A DNA stretch of 32,230 nucleotides from Candidatus Sericytochromatia bacterium (lineage in GTDB: Bacteria; Cyanobacteriota; Sericytochromatia; S15B-MN24; UBA4093): positions 1 to 32,230 of the forward strand of contig JBEIFE010000002.1 in the NCBI GenBank assembly GCA_040382575.1. The letters run 5' to 3'. This document shows, piece by piece, positions 1-8,008 of this stretch. A program made the position numbers and the translations under genes. Positions within the stretch are counted from its first letter, which is position 1. Each line of letters opens with the position of its first letter. The notes below the pieces were generated by a model. It saw only the letters and a program-made list of their open reading frames with translations, was not told where the DNA came from and searched no databases.

Positions 1-512
1 ACCTCCCCCCCCATGGACTCTGCGCCCCTCACCCGCACGCCCTCCCGGGCATCCCTAGCAGATGCAATCACTGCTGCCACAGCCACAGCCACAGCTACAG
101 CCACAGCCACGGCAGCTGCATGCGCAAAACGGCTATGGTTGCCCACCACGAAAGACTCGAACGTGTATTTCGGGTTGAGCGTTCCGTAGGTGGGAGCTCC
201 GGAGCCTTCTTTCGTTCCGGACGCAGGGATGACCTGGGTGAGTTCGTCGACGGTCGCTTGACCCTCGGTTCCCTCGTTCACCCGGCAACTCAGCCGGACG
301 TCAGGTCCACCCGATTCGGCGAGTGCCGCCGAGATCGGGCCCATGTTGCGCTGGAACCAGTCTCGTGCGAACTCGTTGGGCGTTTCAACCAGGAGCACTC
401 CGTGCTCGAGACTGATCGCCCGCGAGGGACGTACGAGGCTCTCGAAACTTGCTCTACTGAGGCGCCCCTGGAGGATCGTGAGGGCCCTCTGCCAGAGTTC
501 GTCAGCCTGCAT
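1..512 (-). CDS. dnaA: Chromosomal replication initiator DnaA, 5' portion; the gene runs off the left window edge, and recognisable DnaA sequence extends only from 512 down to about 100
   Basis: My own minus-strand translation from ATG at 512-510 (no stop in window, so absent from the ORF track) gives MQADELWQRALTILQGRLSRASFESLVRP...GTLNPKYTFESFVVGNHSRFAHAAAVAVA. This matches DnaA domain I, the linker and the conserved start of domain III. The gene is divergent from rpmH, as is typical. An in-frame alternative ATG lies at 680. Confidence 0.8.
   Translation of the reverse strand, partial: MQADELWQRALTILQGRLSRASFESLVRPSRAISLEHGVLLVETPNEFARDWFQRNMGPISAALAESGGPDVRLSCRVNEGTEGQATVDELTQVIPASGTKEGSGAPTYGTLNPKYTFESFVVGNHSRFAHAAAVAVAVAVAVAVAAVIASARDAREGVRVRGAESMGGE
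75..110. repeat. Hexanucleotide tandem repeat, (GCCACA)-like x6 on the plus strand; encodes (Val-Ala)n in the dnaA frame
   Basis: Direct reading gives tgccac agccac agccac agctac agccac agccac. On the minus strand this is GTGGCT repeats, translated VAVAVAVAVAVA. Confidence 0.9.
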
Positions 513-730
513 CGTGTGGTCGCCAGGACCTTTCCCGTCGATTGGTCGACACGTGACGAGCCTCGAACCGAAGGGTCCGTGGCTGTCATTGCCAACTCTG
601 CAAAGGATGGCACGGGATGATTCGACCGGCGCCTTGATGGCGGCATTTGAACCGGGTTCGATCCCTGTGCGGGAGATCATCGTACCTCCGAAATCCGCTC
701 GTGACCACTCGGAGATCCGATCTGGATGCG

Positions 731-759
731 TTGATCCTGTATCAAACGCGTGTTAGATT
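731..759 (+). promoter_or_regulatory. Putative sigma-70-type promoter for rpmH (-35 TTGATC, 17-nt spacer, extended -10 TGTTAGATT)
   Basis: TTGATC at 731-736 and TAGATT at 754-759, preceded by TGT at 751-753. It lies 75 nt upstream of the rpmH ATG. This is a motif match only. Confidence 0.35.
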
Positions 760-833
760 CTCATGAAGGTTCCGGCTACCCGGGACGTGTTCAGGTCCCG
801 GTCACGCACTCGATTGTCAAGGAGTTCCCCATC

Positions 834-983
834 ATGGCTCAGCAAGCCCTGACGTTCCGCCACGGCGGCAAGAAGCGCAAGCGCGCTCGTACCCACGGTT
901 TCCTCGTCCGCATGAGCACCAAGAACGGACAGCGCGTCATCCGCGCGCGTCGCTCCAAGGGCCGCAAGCGCCTCGCAGGATAG
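834..983 (+). CDS. rpmH: 50S ribosomal protein L34
   Basis: [49 protein letters not shown] is a typical L34 sequence. I used the internal ATG at 834 of ORF 750..983. Confidence 0.95.
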   Translation: MAQQALTFRHGGKKRKRARTHGFLVRMSTKNGQRVIRARRSKGRKRLAG

Positions 984-1352
984 ATGCTTCCGGTCCCCGA
1001 GCGTCTGCGCCGCTCCAGCGCCTTTGACCGCATCTACCAGAGCGGTCGGGCGTACGGTGATCCGCTGATTGTCTTGCACGTGCATCCATGTCCCGACCGA
1101 CCTGGCATCTGCCGGGTCGGTTTCGTGGCTGGAAAGAAGGTGGGCAATGCCGTGGTTCGAAACCGCGTCAAACGTCGCCTTCGCGAGATCGTGCGAGCGC
1201 GATCCAGGTCCTGGGATCCTCCGGTGGAGATCATCCTCAGGGCTCGGCCTGCGGCTTCGGAGGCGAGTTTCGTCGATCTGGAACGTGCAGTCGATCGTCT
1301 GTATCACCGCGCTGGCCTGGACGTGTTCGGGTCCCGGATGAACGCCCCATGA
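984..1352 (+). CDS. rnpA: Ribonuclease P protein component
   Basis: Lies immediately after rpmH (ATG directly follows the rpmH TAG). It is a basic 122-aa protein containing [19 protein letters not shown], the RnpA signature region. Confidence 0.9.
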   Translation: MLPVPERLRRSSAFDRIYQSGRAYGDPLIVLHVHPCPDRPGICRVGFVAGKKVGNAVVRNRVKRRLREIVRARSRSWDPPVEIILRARPAASEASFVDLERAVDRLYHRAGLDVFGSRMNAP

Positions 1353-1606
1353 AACGCTCTCATCTGGCACGCATACTCATCCAGGTGCTCGACGTCGTCA
1401 TCCGGGGTTACCAGTTCATTTCCCGTATGACGCCGCCTCAATGTCGGTTCTACCCCACCTGCAGCCAGTACACCCGTGGTGCCCTCGAGCGTCACGGGCT
1501 GCTGTCGGGCCTCTGGCTCGGCATCAGACGGATCCTGCGCTGCCATCCCTGGAATCCCGGGGGTCATGATCCCGTTCCAGACCCCCCCCTCAGGAGACAT
1601 CCGTGA
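1349..1606 (+). CDS. yidD: Membrane protein insertion efficiency factor YidD
   Basis: The internal ATG at 1349 overlaps the rnpA stop (ATGA). The sequence [46 protein letters not shown] matches the YidD consensus. Confidence 0.9.
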   Translation: MKRSHLARILIQVLDVVIRGYQFISRMTPPQCRFYPTCSQYTRGALERHGLLSGLWLGIRRILRCHPWNPGGHDPVPDPPLRRHP

Positions 1607-2415
1607 ATCCGATCGATTGGATCGCCCACTCGGTGATGATCCCCATCCTCGAGAAGTTCTTCGAGATCACCCGTTCCTACGGCTGGTCGATCATCTGCTT
1701 GACCCTGACGATCAAGCTGGCGCTCTTTCCGCTGGTCGCCAAGCAGTTCAAGGCCAGCCGCGAGCTGGCGACGCTCCAGCCCAGGCTGAAAGAACTGCAG
1801 ACCCAGTACAAGGATCAGCCGGAAGTCATGCAGGCCAAGCTGATGGAGTTCTATGCCGAACACCGCGTGAACCCCATGGGAGCATGCTTGCCCACGCTGA
1901 TCCAGATGCCGTTCCTCTTTGCTCTCTACACGGCCCTCAACAACAAGGAATTCCAGGAGCGGATCGCGCACAAGGCGTTCTTCTTCATCCAGAACCTGGC
2001 GGATGTGGGCGTGTTGCCGCGTCAGCCCGGCGAGGCCGTTCACTGGGCGAATCTGGCGATGGTGGTCCTGTTCGGTGCCTCGATGTACGTCATGCAGCGC
2101 ATGATGACGACCAATCCCGAAGACCCCATGCAGCGCCAGATGCTCACGATGATGCCGGCCATGACGACGGCCATGTTCCTGTTCTTCCCGCTGCCTTCGG
2201 GGATTCTTCTGTACATCACGGCATCCAACGCCATCACGATGATCCAGAACTACTATCTGAGTCGGACGTCAGCAGTGCCGGCACCCGTCATTCCCGCTTC
2301 CCAGGCGGTGATCGACATGACTCCCGGTCGGGTCGACGATGCGGGTAAAGCCTCGCCATCGCGTCCTGCCAAGGGGATCGTCCCCCCTGCCAGTCCAGAG
2401 CGTAAGGGAGAGTAG
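1603..2415 (+). CDS. yidC: YidC/Oxa1-family membrane protein insertase (short form, 270 aa)
   Basis: The GTG start overlaps the yidD stop (GTGA), with AGGAGA at 1592-1597. The protein is multi-pass hydrophobic with [34 protein letters not shown], typical of the YidC core. Confidence 0.9.
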   Translation: MNPIDWIAHSVMIPILEKFFEITRSYGWSIICLTLTIKLALFPLVAKQFKASRELATLQPRLKELQTQYKDQPEVMQAKLMEFYAEHRVNPMGACLPTLIQMPFLFALYTALNNKEFQERIAHKAFFFIQNLADVGVLPRQPGEAVHWANLAMVVLFGASMYVMQRMMTTNPEDPMQRQMLTMMPAMTTAMFLFFPLPSGILLYITASNAITMIQNYYLSRTSAVPAPVIPASQAVIDMTPGRVDDAGKASPSRPAKGIVPPASPERKGE

Positions 2416-2418
2416 CGG

Positions 2419-3021
2419 ATGGAGCCGATCATCCAGCTGGGTGACACGTATCAGGCCGCTCTCGAAGCAGCCCTCGACGAGCTCGCGCGAGACGAGAGCG
2501 AGGTCGAGATCGAGGTGCTCGAGGAAGGGCACGACTCGCGTCCCTGGAAGCTCCGGGTCACGCCCGTCGATGGCCCACTCGACGAGGCCCAGGACTGGCT
2601 CCTCGATGTCCTGGATGCCATGGGGATCGATGGCACGGTCGGGCTCGTCTTCGAGGGAGATCGGGTCATCTTCCACATCGAGCTCGAGGGCGACCCCGGT
2701 ATCCTCATCGGTCGCCGGGGGCAGACGCTCGAAGCGCTCCAGTGGCTCCTGTCCGTGTCCTTCGGCAACCGCGTCGGTAAGAAGCTCCTCGTGGATGTCG
2801 AGGACTACCGGCAGCGTGCTCAGGACCGGATCGCGCGCCTGGCGCTCGAGGCCGCCGAACGTGCGCGCACGACCGGCTACCCGCAGCATCTGCCGCCCAT
2901 GAACGCCGCCGAGCGACGCCTGGTTCACCACGCTCTGGTCGAGGAACTCGATATCGAGACCCAGAGCGAGGGTCGGGATCCCGACCGGCACGTGGTGGTC
3001 TTGTCACGTCGAGTCCGGTGA
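2419..3021 (+). CDS. jag: Jag/KhpB-like RNA-binding protein (KH plus R3H domains)
   Basis: Conserved position after yidC. GILIGRRGQTLEALQ is KH-like, and PMNAAERRLVHHAL...SEGRDPDRHVVV is an R3H motif. Confidence 0.85.
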   Translation: MEPIIQLGDTYQAALEAALDELARDESEVEIEVLEEGHDSRPWKLRVTPVDGPLDEAQDWLLDVLDAMGIDGTVGLVFEGDRVIFHIELEGDPGILIGRRGQTLEALQWLLSVSFGNRVGKKLLVDVEDYRQRAQDRIARLALEAAERARTTGYPQHLPPMNAAERRLVHHALVEELDIETQSEGRDPDRHVVVLSRRVR

Positions 3022-4397
3022 TCGGACACGACACCATGGTCGCGTTCGCCACGCCTCCCGGCCCGGGAGGCGGGGCGATCGTCCGTCTGAGCGGATCCCG
3101 CACGCGTGACATCGCCCAGGCCCTGGTCCGCACGATCGCCGGCCATCTCGTTTCACCCCCCTTCACCGAGCGAACCGAGCGCGCCCTGCTCGTGGGGCAT
3201 CTCGTCGAGCCGGGATCCGGACGCCGCCTCGACGAGGCCGTCATCCTGTTCTTCGTGGGCCCTTACTCTTACACGACGGAAGACGTCGTCGAGTTCCAGA
3301 TCCACGCCGGTCTCGCCACCATCGAGCGCGTCATGGCGGCGTGTCTCGCCTGCGGAGCACGACTGGCCACCCGAGGCGAGTTCACGCGTCGGGCCTTCCT
3401 CGGCGGTCGGATCGATCTGACGCGGGCCGAGGCCGTCCTCGAACTCAGCCATGCGCGAACGGATCAGGCCCTCGATGCCGCGCTGAATCAGCTGGATGGC
3501 CACCTGGCCCGATTCACGCACGGGCTACGCGAGCCCGTCCGTCACCTGCTGGCCGAGATCGAGGCCTCGATCGATTTTCCGGATGAACTGGAGGCACCCC
3601 CGGCCGATCGGGTTCTTGCCACGATGGATGAGCTCATCTCCCGGATCACGTCTCTGCTCGCCGAGGTGCCTGCTGCCCGGCTGCTCCGGGAGGGAGCGAG
3701 GGTGGCGCTGCTCGGACGTCCCAACGTCGGAAAGTCCAGCCTGCTCAACGCCTTGCTGGCCACCGATCGCGCCATCGTCACCGAGCATGCCGGCACCACC
3801 CGCGACGTCCTCGAGGAAACCTGGACCGTGCGCGGGATCCCCTGCCGGATTCTCGATACGGCCGGGATCCGCAGCGAGGGCGTCGATCCGGTCGAACGGA
3901 TCGGGATAGGCCGCTCCGAGCAGGCGCTGCGCGAGGCGGAGTTACGGCTCGTCGTGATGGATGGCTCGGGAGAGCCCGATCCCGGAACCCGGGAACTGCT
4001 GGAGAGGGCTCGTGCAGCCGGACCCACCCTCCTCGTGGTCAACAAGGGGGACCTGGAGGGCTGGCGATCGCCCCCGGGCGAGTCCGGTGCGATCCGGATC
4101 AGTGCTCGAACGGGGGACGGGATTCCCGATCTCATCTCGGCGGTGTGGCGAGAGCTCACCTCGGGACTGGTCCAGGTCGTCCCGACGATTGCCATCAACG
4201 CGCGTCACGAGGCCGCTCTCGGCCTCACGCGCGAGGCGCTGATGCAGGCCCGACGGGCGTACCTGGATGACCTCCCACCCGATCTGGTCGCCCACGATCT
4301 CCGGATTGCTCTCGAACACCTGGGAACCGTGCAGGGCGAGGCGCTCACCGAGGAGGTGATCGATCACATCTTCGAACGTTTCTGTGTGGGAAAATGA
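3018..4397 (+). CDS. mnmE: tRNA modification GTPase MnmE
   Basis: The GTG start overlaps the jag stop (GTGA). It has the N-terminal DTMVAFATPPGPGGGAIVRLSG, the G1 motif GRPNVGKSSLLN, DTAGIR, NKGD and the C-terminal FCVGK tetrapeptide. Confidence 0.95.
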   Translation: MIGHDTMVAFATPPGPGGGAIVRLSGSRTRDIAQALVRTIAGHLVSPPFTERTERALLVGHLVEPGSGRRLDEAVILFFVGPYSYTTEDVVEFQIHAGLATIERVMAACLACGARLATRGEFTRRAFLGGRIDLTRAEAVLELSHARTDQALDAALNQLDGHLARFTHGLREPVRHLLAEIEASIDFPDELEAPPADRVLATMDELISRITSLLAEVPAARLLREGARVALLGRPNVGKSSLLNALLATDRAIVTEHAGTTRDVLEETWTVRGIPCRILDTAGIRSEGVDPVERIGIGRSEQALREAELRLVVMDGSGEPDPGTRELLERARAAGPTLLVVNKGDLEGWRSPPGESGAIRISARTGDGIPDLISAVWRELTSGLVQVVPTIAINARHEAALGLTREALMQARRAYLDDLPPDLVAHDLRIALEHLGTVQGEALTEEVIDHIFERFCVGK

Positions 4398-4451
4398 CGT
4401 CATCCGGATCCGGCACGGAGGCCCGATCCACGTGAGGAAGCCGTCAAGCTA

Positions 4452-4480
4452 TTGATTTTCCTTGCTTTCTCATCTATTAA
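4452..4480 (+). promoter_or_regulatory. Putative promoter P1 upstream of the sigma factor gene (TTGATT, 17 nt, TATTAA)
   Basis: TTGATT at 4452-4457 and TATTAA at 4475-4480 with an exact 17-nt spacer, inside an AT-rich island in otherwise GC-rich DNA. Confidence 0.4.
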
Positions 4481-4512
4481 CAATTCGTAAACACCCCTGG
4501 ACCTGGCATCCC

Positions 4513-4540
4513 GAGACGTCTGCTATAATTTTGACGTCTC
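4513..4540 (+). promoter_or_regulatory. Putative promoter P2 (extended -10 TGCTATAAT) enclosed by an 8-bp perfect inverted repeat, GAGACGTC / GACGTCTC
   Basis: TGCTATAAT at 4521-4529. The inverted-repeat arms at 4513-4520 and 4533-4540 bracket the -10 element. It lies 53 nt upstream of the GTG at 4582. Confidence 0.45.
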
Positions 4541-4581
4541 GTTGACGGTCCGTACGGAACCGTATGACACGGAGGTTTTGA

Positions 4582-5358
4582 GTGGAAAAGACGCGCAAGT
4601 GGTCCTTGACTCCCAGGGAACGCGAGAAGCTCGTCCACGAGTACATCCCGCTCGTCAAGAAGATCGCCCGGGGACTCGCCCGTCGAAGCACGGATCCCGT
4701 CGAAGATCTCATCCAGGTCGGATCCATCGGTCTCCTCGAGGCCATCGACCGTTACGAACTGGGTCACAACACCGAGTTCAAGACGTATGCCGTCCACTAC
4801 ATCACCGGACATATTCGCCACTACCTCCGGGATCGTCAGAACCTGCTCAGAGGCCCCCGGGCCCTCCAGGAGCTGTCGTACCGCCTCAGCGTCGTGACGG
4901 CCAACCTGTCGCACGAACTCGGGCGTGAGCCGTCCAACCAGGAGCTCGCCGACATTCTCGAGATCACGGTGCAACTCGTCGACGAGGTCAAGCAGTACGA
5001 TAACCGGGTTTCGGTCTTCTGGCTGGACCAGGAGGGTCGCGGGGATGACGATGACACCCGCACGCTGCTCGATACCCTGATGGATCCGCGCTCGCAGCGG
5101 GATGGCCAGATCGACATGGATGAGCGCTTGCTGCTCAAGGAGGCCATGAGCCGCCTCACGCGTCAGCAGCAGGAGCTCCTCGAGATGCGCTATTTCCAGG
5201 ACATGACGCAGGCCGAGGTGGCGCGTCGTCTGGGCGTGTCCCAGATGGAGATCTGCCGACGTCTCAAGCGCGCCGTGAAGCAGTTGCAGCTCATCCTTTG
5301 CCCGCAACTGGATAACCGGAATGGCCTGCAGGCCTTGCCCTTCTTGACGAACGCCTGA
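4582..5358 (+). CDS. RNA polymerase sigma factor, sigma-70 family group 3 (SigB/SigF/SigG-like)
   Basis: GTG start with GGAGG at 4571-4575. Region 2 reads DLIQVGSIGLLEAIDRYELGHNTEFKTYAVHYITGHIRHYLRD, and the region 4 HTH reads MTQAEVARRLGVSQMEICRRLKRAV. Confidence 0.85.
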   Translation: MEKTRKWSLTPREREKLVHEYIPLVKKIARGLARRSTDPVEDLIQVGSIGLLEAIDRYELGHNTEFKTYAVHYITGHIRHYLRDRQNLLRGPRALQELSYRLSVVTANLSHELGREPSNQELADILEITVQLVDEVKQYDNRVSVFWLDQEGRGDDDDTRTLLDTLMDPRSQRDGQIDMDERLLLKEAMSRLTRQQQELLEMRYFQDMTQAEVARRLGVSQMEICRRLKRAVKQLQLILCPQLDNRNGLQALPFLTNA

Positions 5359-5444
5359 TTAACGGAAGCTTCCCCTCGGATTTATCTCGATTTAACCGCT
5401 TCCGTCGCTGACCAGCCGATAACGATCTCGTGGAGGGACGTATC

Positions 5445-6188
5445 GTGCTGGTCAGTTCTTTTTCAACCCAGCCATCACTCTGGGCGCGTCTGAGCGGTCT
5501 CGCTCGGCTCCTGGGAGAGACCGCTCCATCTGCCTTCACCGCTACGCCGGCCACGGTATCATCCGCTGTGCCCGCCAGCTTGCTTGCTCGAGCCCCCGTG
5601 TCTGCTCCATCCGATGTGTATCGTGCCGCGGGGACCCCGTGGGCCTTTCAGGCCAGCCGATTTTTCCTGGCGCAGGATCCGGGCCCCTACAACCGGGAAG
5701 CCAGCCTCAACAACACCAACTGCGGACCCGCCAGTCTGGCGATGGCATTGCTGGCCCTCGGCCTGCAGCCTCCGAGCCTCACGACGGGGGCGACGGTCGA
5801 AAACTGGATCGATGCCACGCGCCTGGCCATGCGCGGGGATACCAATGATTACGAACTCACCTCGGATGACGACGTGATGCAAGGCGCCCGCCAGAGCGGT
5901 GCCCAGGCCTGGAAGGTCCGTGATCTCGGTTCTCTCGACCGGGCGCTTGACGCCGGTGCCCTCGTGGTTCTCGCGGGCAATCCAGCGGCGTACGCTCGAC
6001 GGTTCGACGATCGTACACTGCGGTCCTTCGATGGTGGTCACATGATCCTCGTCGCGGGTCGCGCGGGCGATCGCTACGTCATCAATGACCCGTACTCACG
6101 GGTCGGCTCCCTGGTCGTCAGTGCAGACGAACTGGTTCGGTTCATGGCGCATCAGGGCTGGAACGTGGGCGTGGCCGTCAGCCGATGA
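5445..6188 (+). CDS. Papain-fold cysteine peptidase, C39-like family
   Basis: NNTNCGPASLAMALLALG is the nucleophile-Cys motif typical of C39-like domains, followed downstream by GGHMILVAG and VINDP (candidate His and Asp/Asn). The start is uncertain: GTG at 5445 has GGAGG at 5433-5437, while the track start is 5430. Confidence 0.6.
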   Translation: MLVSSFSTQPSLWARLSGLARLLGETAPSAFTATPATVSSAVPASLLARAPVSAPSDVYRAAGTPWAFQASRFFLAQDPGPYNREASLNNTNCGPASLAMALLALGLQPPSLTTGATVENWIDATRLAMRGDTNDYELTSDDDVMQGARQSGAQAWKVRDLGSLDRALDAGALVVLAGNPAAYARRFDDRTLRSFDGGHMILVAGRAGDRYVINDPYSRVGSLVVSADELVRFMAHQGWNVGVAVSR

Positions 6189-7053
6189 CGGAATCGGTGC
6201 CTGTTCGTCGCGGAGACCCTGGAAGGACGATTCCGGCATCATCGAGCGATTTCTTGATGAGACGACGCCATTCGGCTGCCACGGCTCCGCGGTCCTGAGG
6301 GCCGGTCTTGAGCAGCACCCGTAAGGTCATCCCCAGCTCCGTGAAGGCCTGGATCCCCACCACTTCAGGGTCGGCCAGTACCCGATCCGGCCAGGCTTCC
6401 TGGACGTTCTTCGCGGCGGCGGTCATCAGGGCAAGGACGCGCTCCGGCTCGCAGTCATGCGGAACCGTGAGATCGAGGATGGCCCGCGACCACGCATTGG
6501 ACTGATTCACGACGACCTTGATCTGGCCGTTCGGGATCGTCACGAGATCCCCGGCGAGGGTACGCAGCCGGGTGATGCGGAAGTTCAGGCGCTCGACCGT
6601 GCCCGTTTTTCCGTCGATATCGATCGTGTCGCCGACACCGAACTGGTCCTCGTACAGGATCGCGAAACCGGCGATCAGATCCTTGATGAGGTTCTGAGCG
6701 CCCAGCCCCACGGAGATGCCGACCACCCCGGCGCTCGCGAGCAAGGGGCCAACGTCGATGCCGGAGGCGGCCATCAGCGCGAGCAGGGTCGCGAAGATCA
6801 CCCCCGCGCGCAGAAGCGAGTTCGTCAAGTGGGTCATGGTCCGCGTGCGCTGGGCCAGACGGGCATCCCCACCCGGTAAAAGGTTCTTCTCGAGTGCTCG
6901 AGCAAGCTGCCCGACCAGGAATCGGATGGCGCGGTGAGCCAGCCAGGCCAGCAACAGCACGCCCAGGAGGATGGGAAGGCGTTCGACGAGCTGTCGGCCG
7001 ATGCTCTCGATCTGATCGGGATCGAGCCATCCCGGGAGGATCGGACCCCTCAC
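6178..7053 (-). CDS. Small-conductance mechanosensitive channel (MscS family), 291 aa
   Basis: TM3 and beta-domain signatures: GVVGISVGLGAQNLIKDLIAGFAILYEDQFGVGDTIDIDGKTGTVERLNFRITRLRTLAGDLVTIPNG. I chose the GTG at 7053, which overlaps the upstream gene's stop (GTGA) and has GGAG 8 nt upstream. The 538-aa track ORF extends spuriously over the upstream gene. Confidence 0.85.
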   Translation of the reverse strand: MRGPILPGWLDPDQIESIGRQLVERLPILLGVLLLAWLAHRAIRFLVGQLARALEKNLLPGGDARLAQRTRTMTHLTNSLLRAGVIFATLLALMAASGIDVGPLLASAGVVGISVGLGAQNLIKDLIAGFAILYEDQFGVGDTIDIDGKTGTVERLNFRITRLRTLAGDLVTIPNGQIKVVVNQSNAWSRAILDLTVPHDCEPERVLALMTAAAKNVQEAWPDRVLADPEVVGIQAFTELGMTLRVLLKTGPQDRGAVAAEWRRLIKKSLDDAGIVLPGSPRRTGTDSVIG

Positions 7054-7592
7054 AGTGCCAGCTCCAGCCACAAGCCTGCCGTCCAGATGGGGCCACCGAG
7101 CGATCGGCTGTCCTGAGTGCGTTCCAGCCCCGAGATTGTCCCCTGAGCAGCGAACAGGTCGAGCGATCCGACCTCGAAGTCCAGGCGGCATCCCACCCGC
7201 GGCATCCAGCCCAGGGCAAGCCCCCGGAATGGAGAATTGTTCCCGATCCCGATGGGTGCCCCTGCCCATCCTGTTGCCCCGATGTGCGGATTCAGCGGAC
7301 CGAGCGGCCATTCCAGCTGGGCCAGCACCTCGCCCGTCGCCATCGGCCACGCAGTGCCATCCGAGGCCGTTACCCAGGCACCGCCCGCCTGGGCCCGCAT
7401 CGTACCGAGCTTGAAAGGGCCCCCGAACCAGATGAGGGGCACCTGGATCCCCGTGAGCCGGGGTCCCTCTTGCAGGGTCCAGTCCATGTAGGAGATGGGT
7501 AGGGTAAACTCCGTCTCGGCGCGGGTCGGCAGGGTCCAGGTCGAGAGGGCCAGAACGAACAACAGCCCCGTGGCACGCCCCCCGCCTCGCAT
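7050..7592 (-). CDS. Secreted beta-rich protein, possibly a small outer-membrane beta-barrel; function unknown
   Basis: Signal peptide MRGGGRATGLLFVLALSTWTLPTRA/ET, followed by Gly/Trp-rich alternating segments. Its stop overlaps the MscS start, and it begins 2 nt after the stop of the upstream small gene. Confidence 0.6.
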   Translation of the reverse strand: MRGGGRATGLLFVLALSTWTLPTRAETEFTLPISYMDWTLQEGPRLTGIQVPLIWFGGPFKLGTMRAQAGGAWVTASDGTAWPMATGEVLAQLEWPLGPLNPHIGATGWAGAPIGIGNNSPFRGLALGWMPRVGCRLDFEVGSLDLFAAQGTISGLERTQDSRSLGGPIWTAGLWLELAL

Positions 7593-7594
7593 GC

Positions 7595-7816
7595 CTAGAA
7601 CTTCTCGAGCGTGTAGGTGACGACCGGCGATTCACCCGGAGGGGCGATCCGGGTCTTGTCGACGATCCGGAACTTGCCGCTCGGCTGCACCGAGAGAGCG
7701 AGATCTTCGAGATTGACGAGGTTCCCCACCTCTCCCCGGAAATCGTAATCGAGCTCGTACTGTCCCGTGTCTCCCTTGAACAGGACGATGGCACGGCTGT
7801 CCTTCATCTGCGGCAT
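7595..7816 (-). CDS. Hypothetical small protein (73 aa), first gene of the MscS operon
   Basis: Strong RBS GGGAGGAAACC directly before the ATG at 7816, good GC3 bias, and a predicted all-beta character. I recognise no family. Confidence 0.55.
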   Translation of the reverse strand: MPQMKDSRAIVLFKGDTGQYELDYDFRGEVGNLVNLEDLALSVQPSGKFRIVDKTRIAPPGESPVVTYTLEKF

Positions 7817-7863
7817 GGGTTTCCTCCCGGGCTAGCGCCCTCCTGCCAATCGTGACTGGTCGC

Positions 7864-7872
7864 ATGATAGCA
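7864..7872 (-). promoter_or_regulatory. Putative extended -10 (TGCTATCAT) for the 7816..6178 operon
   Basis: Plus-strand atgatagca at 7864-7872 is TGCTATCAT on the minus strand, 48 nt upstream of the ATG at 7816. It forms part of a 13-nt inverted repeat with 7938-7950. Confidence 0.4.
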
Positions 7873-7941
7873 AACCGTGGGCCCATGCCCGAACGATCTC
7901 CAGACAATTCTCGACGGGAGAGATCCAGTCCGGCTCAGGTT

Positions 7942-7950
7942 TGCTATGAT
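7942..7950 (+). promoter_or_regulatory. Putative extended -10 (TGCTATGAT) for the 8009..8482 gene
   Basis: TGCTATGAT at 7942-7950, 59 nt upstream of the ATG at 8009. Confidence 0.4.
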
Positions 7951-8008
7951 AACGTCAAATAGGAATCCGGTTCGACCTCGGGTCGAGTCACGTCCAGGAG
8001 GAGCAAAG

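Noticed and set aside
120-756. Plus-strand ORFs 120..620 and 343..756, and minus-strand ORF 290..646.
   Set aside because: They overlap the clearly recognisable dnaA frame, either antisense or in another frame. I see no motifs or RBS support.
513-833. A possible oriC in the dnaA-rpmH intergenic region, including a cluster of five GATC sites at about 655-740.
   Set aside because: I found no 9-mer within two mismatches of TTATCCACA / TGTGGATAA and no AT-rich unwinding element. GATC is frequent throughout this GC-rich sequence. The origin, if near, is more likely on the other side of dnaA, outside the window.
5362-5405. An 8-bp inverted repeat ACGGAAGC / GCTTCCGT after the sigma factor gene, as a possible terminator.
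   Set aside because: The loop is 28 nt and no U-tract follows, so it is not convincing as an intrinsic terminator.
7054-7794. The N-terminal 247-residue extension of the 538-aa ORF 6178..7794 (MscS frame).
   Set aside because: The extension is Arg/Gly/Pro-rich junk and overlaps, out of frame, two better-supported genes (7050..7592 and 7595..7816). An MscS of 291 aa starting at the coupled GTG at 7053 has the normal size.
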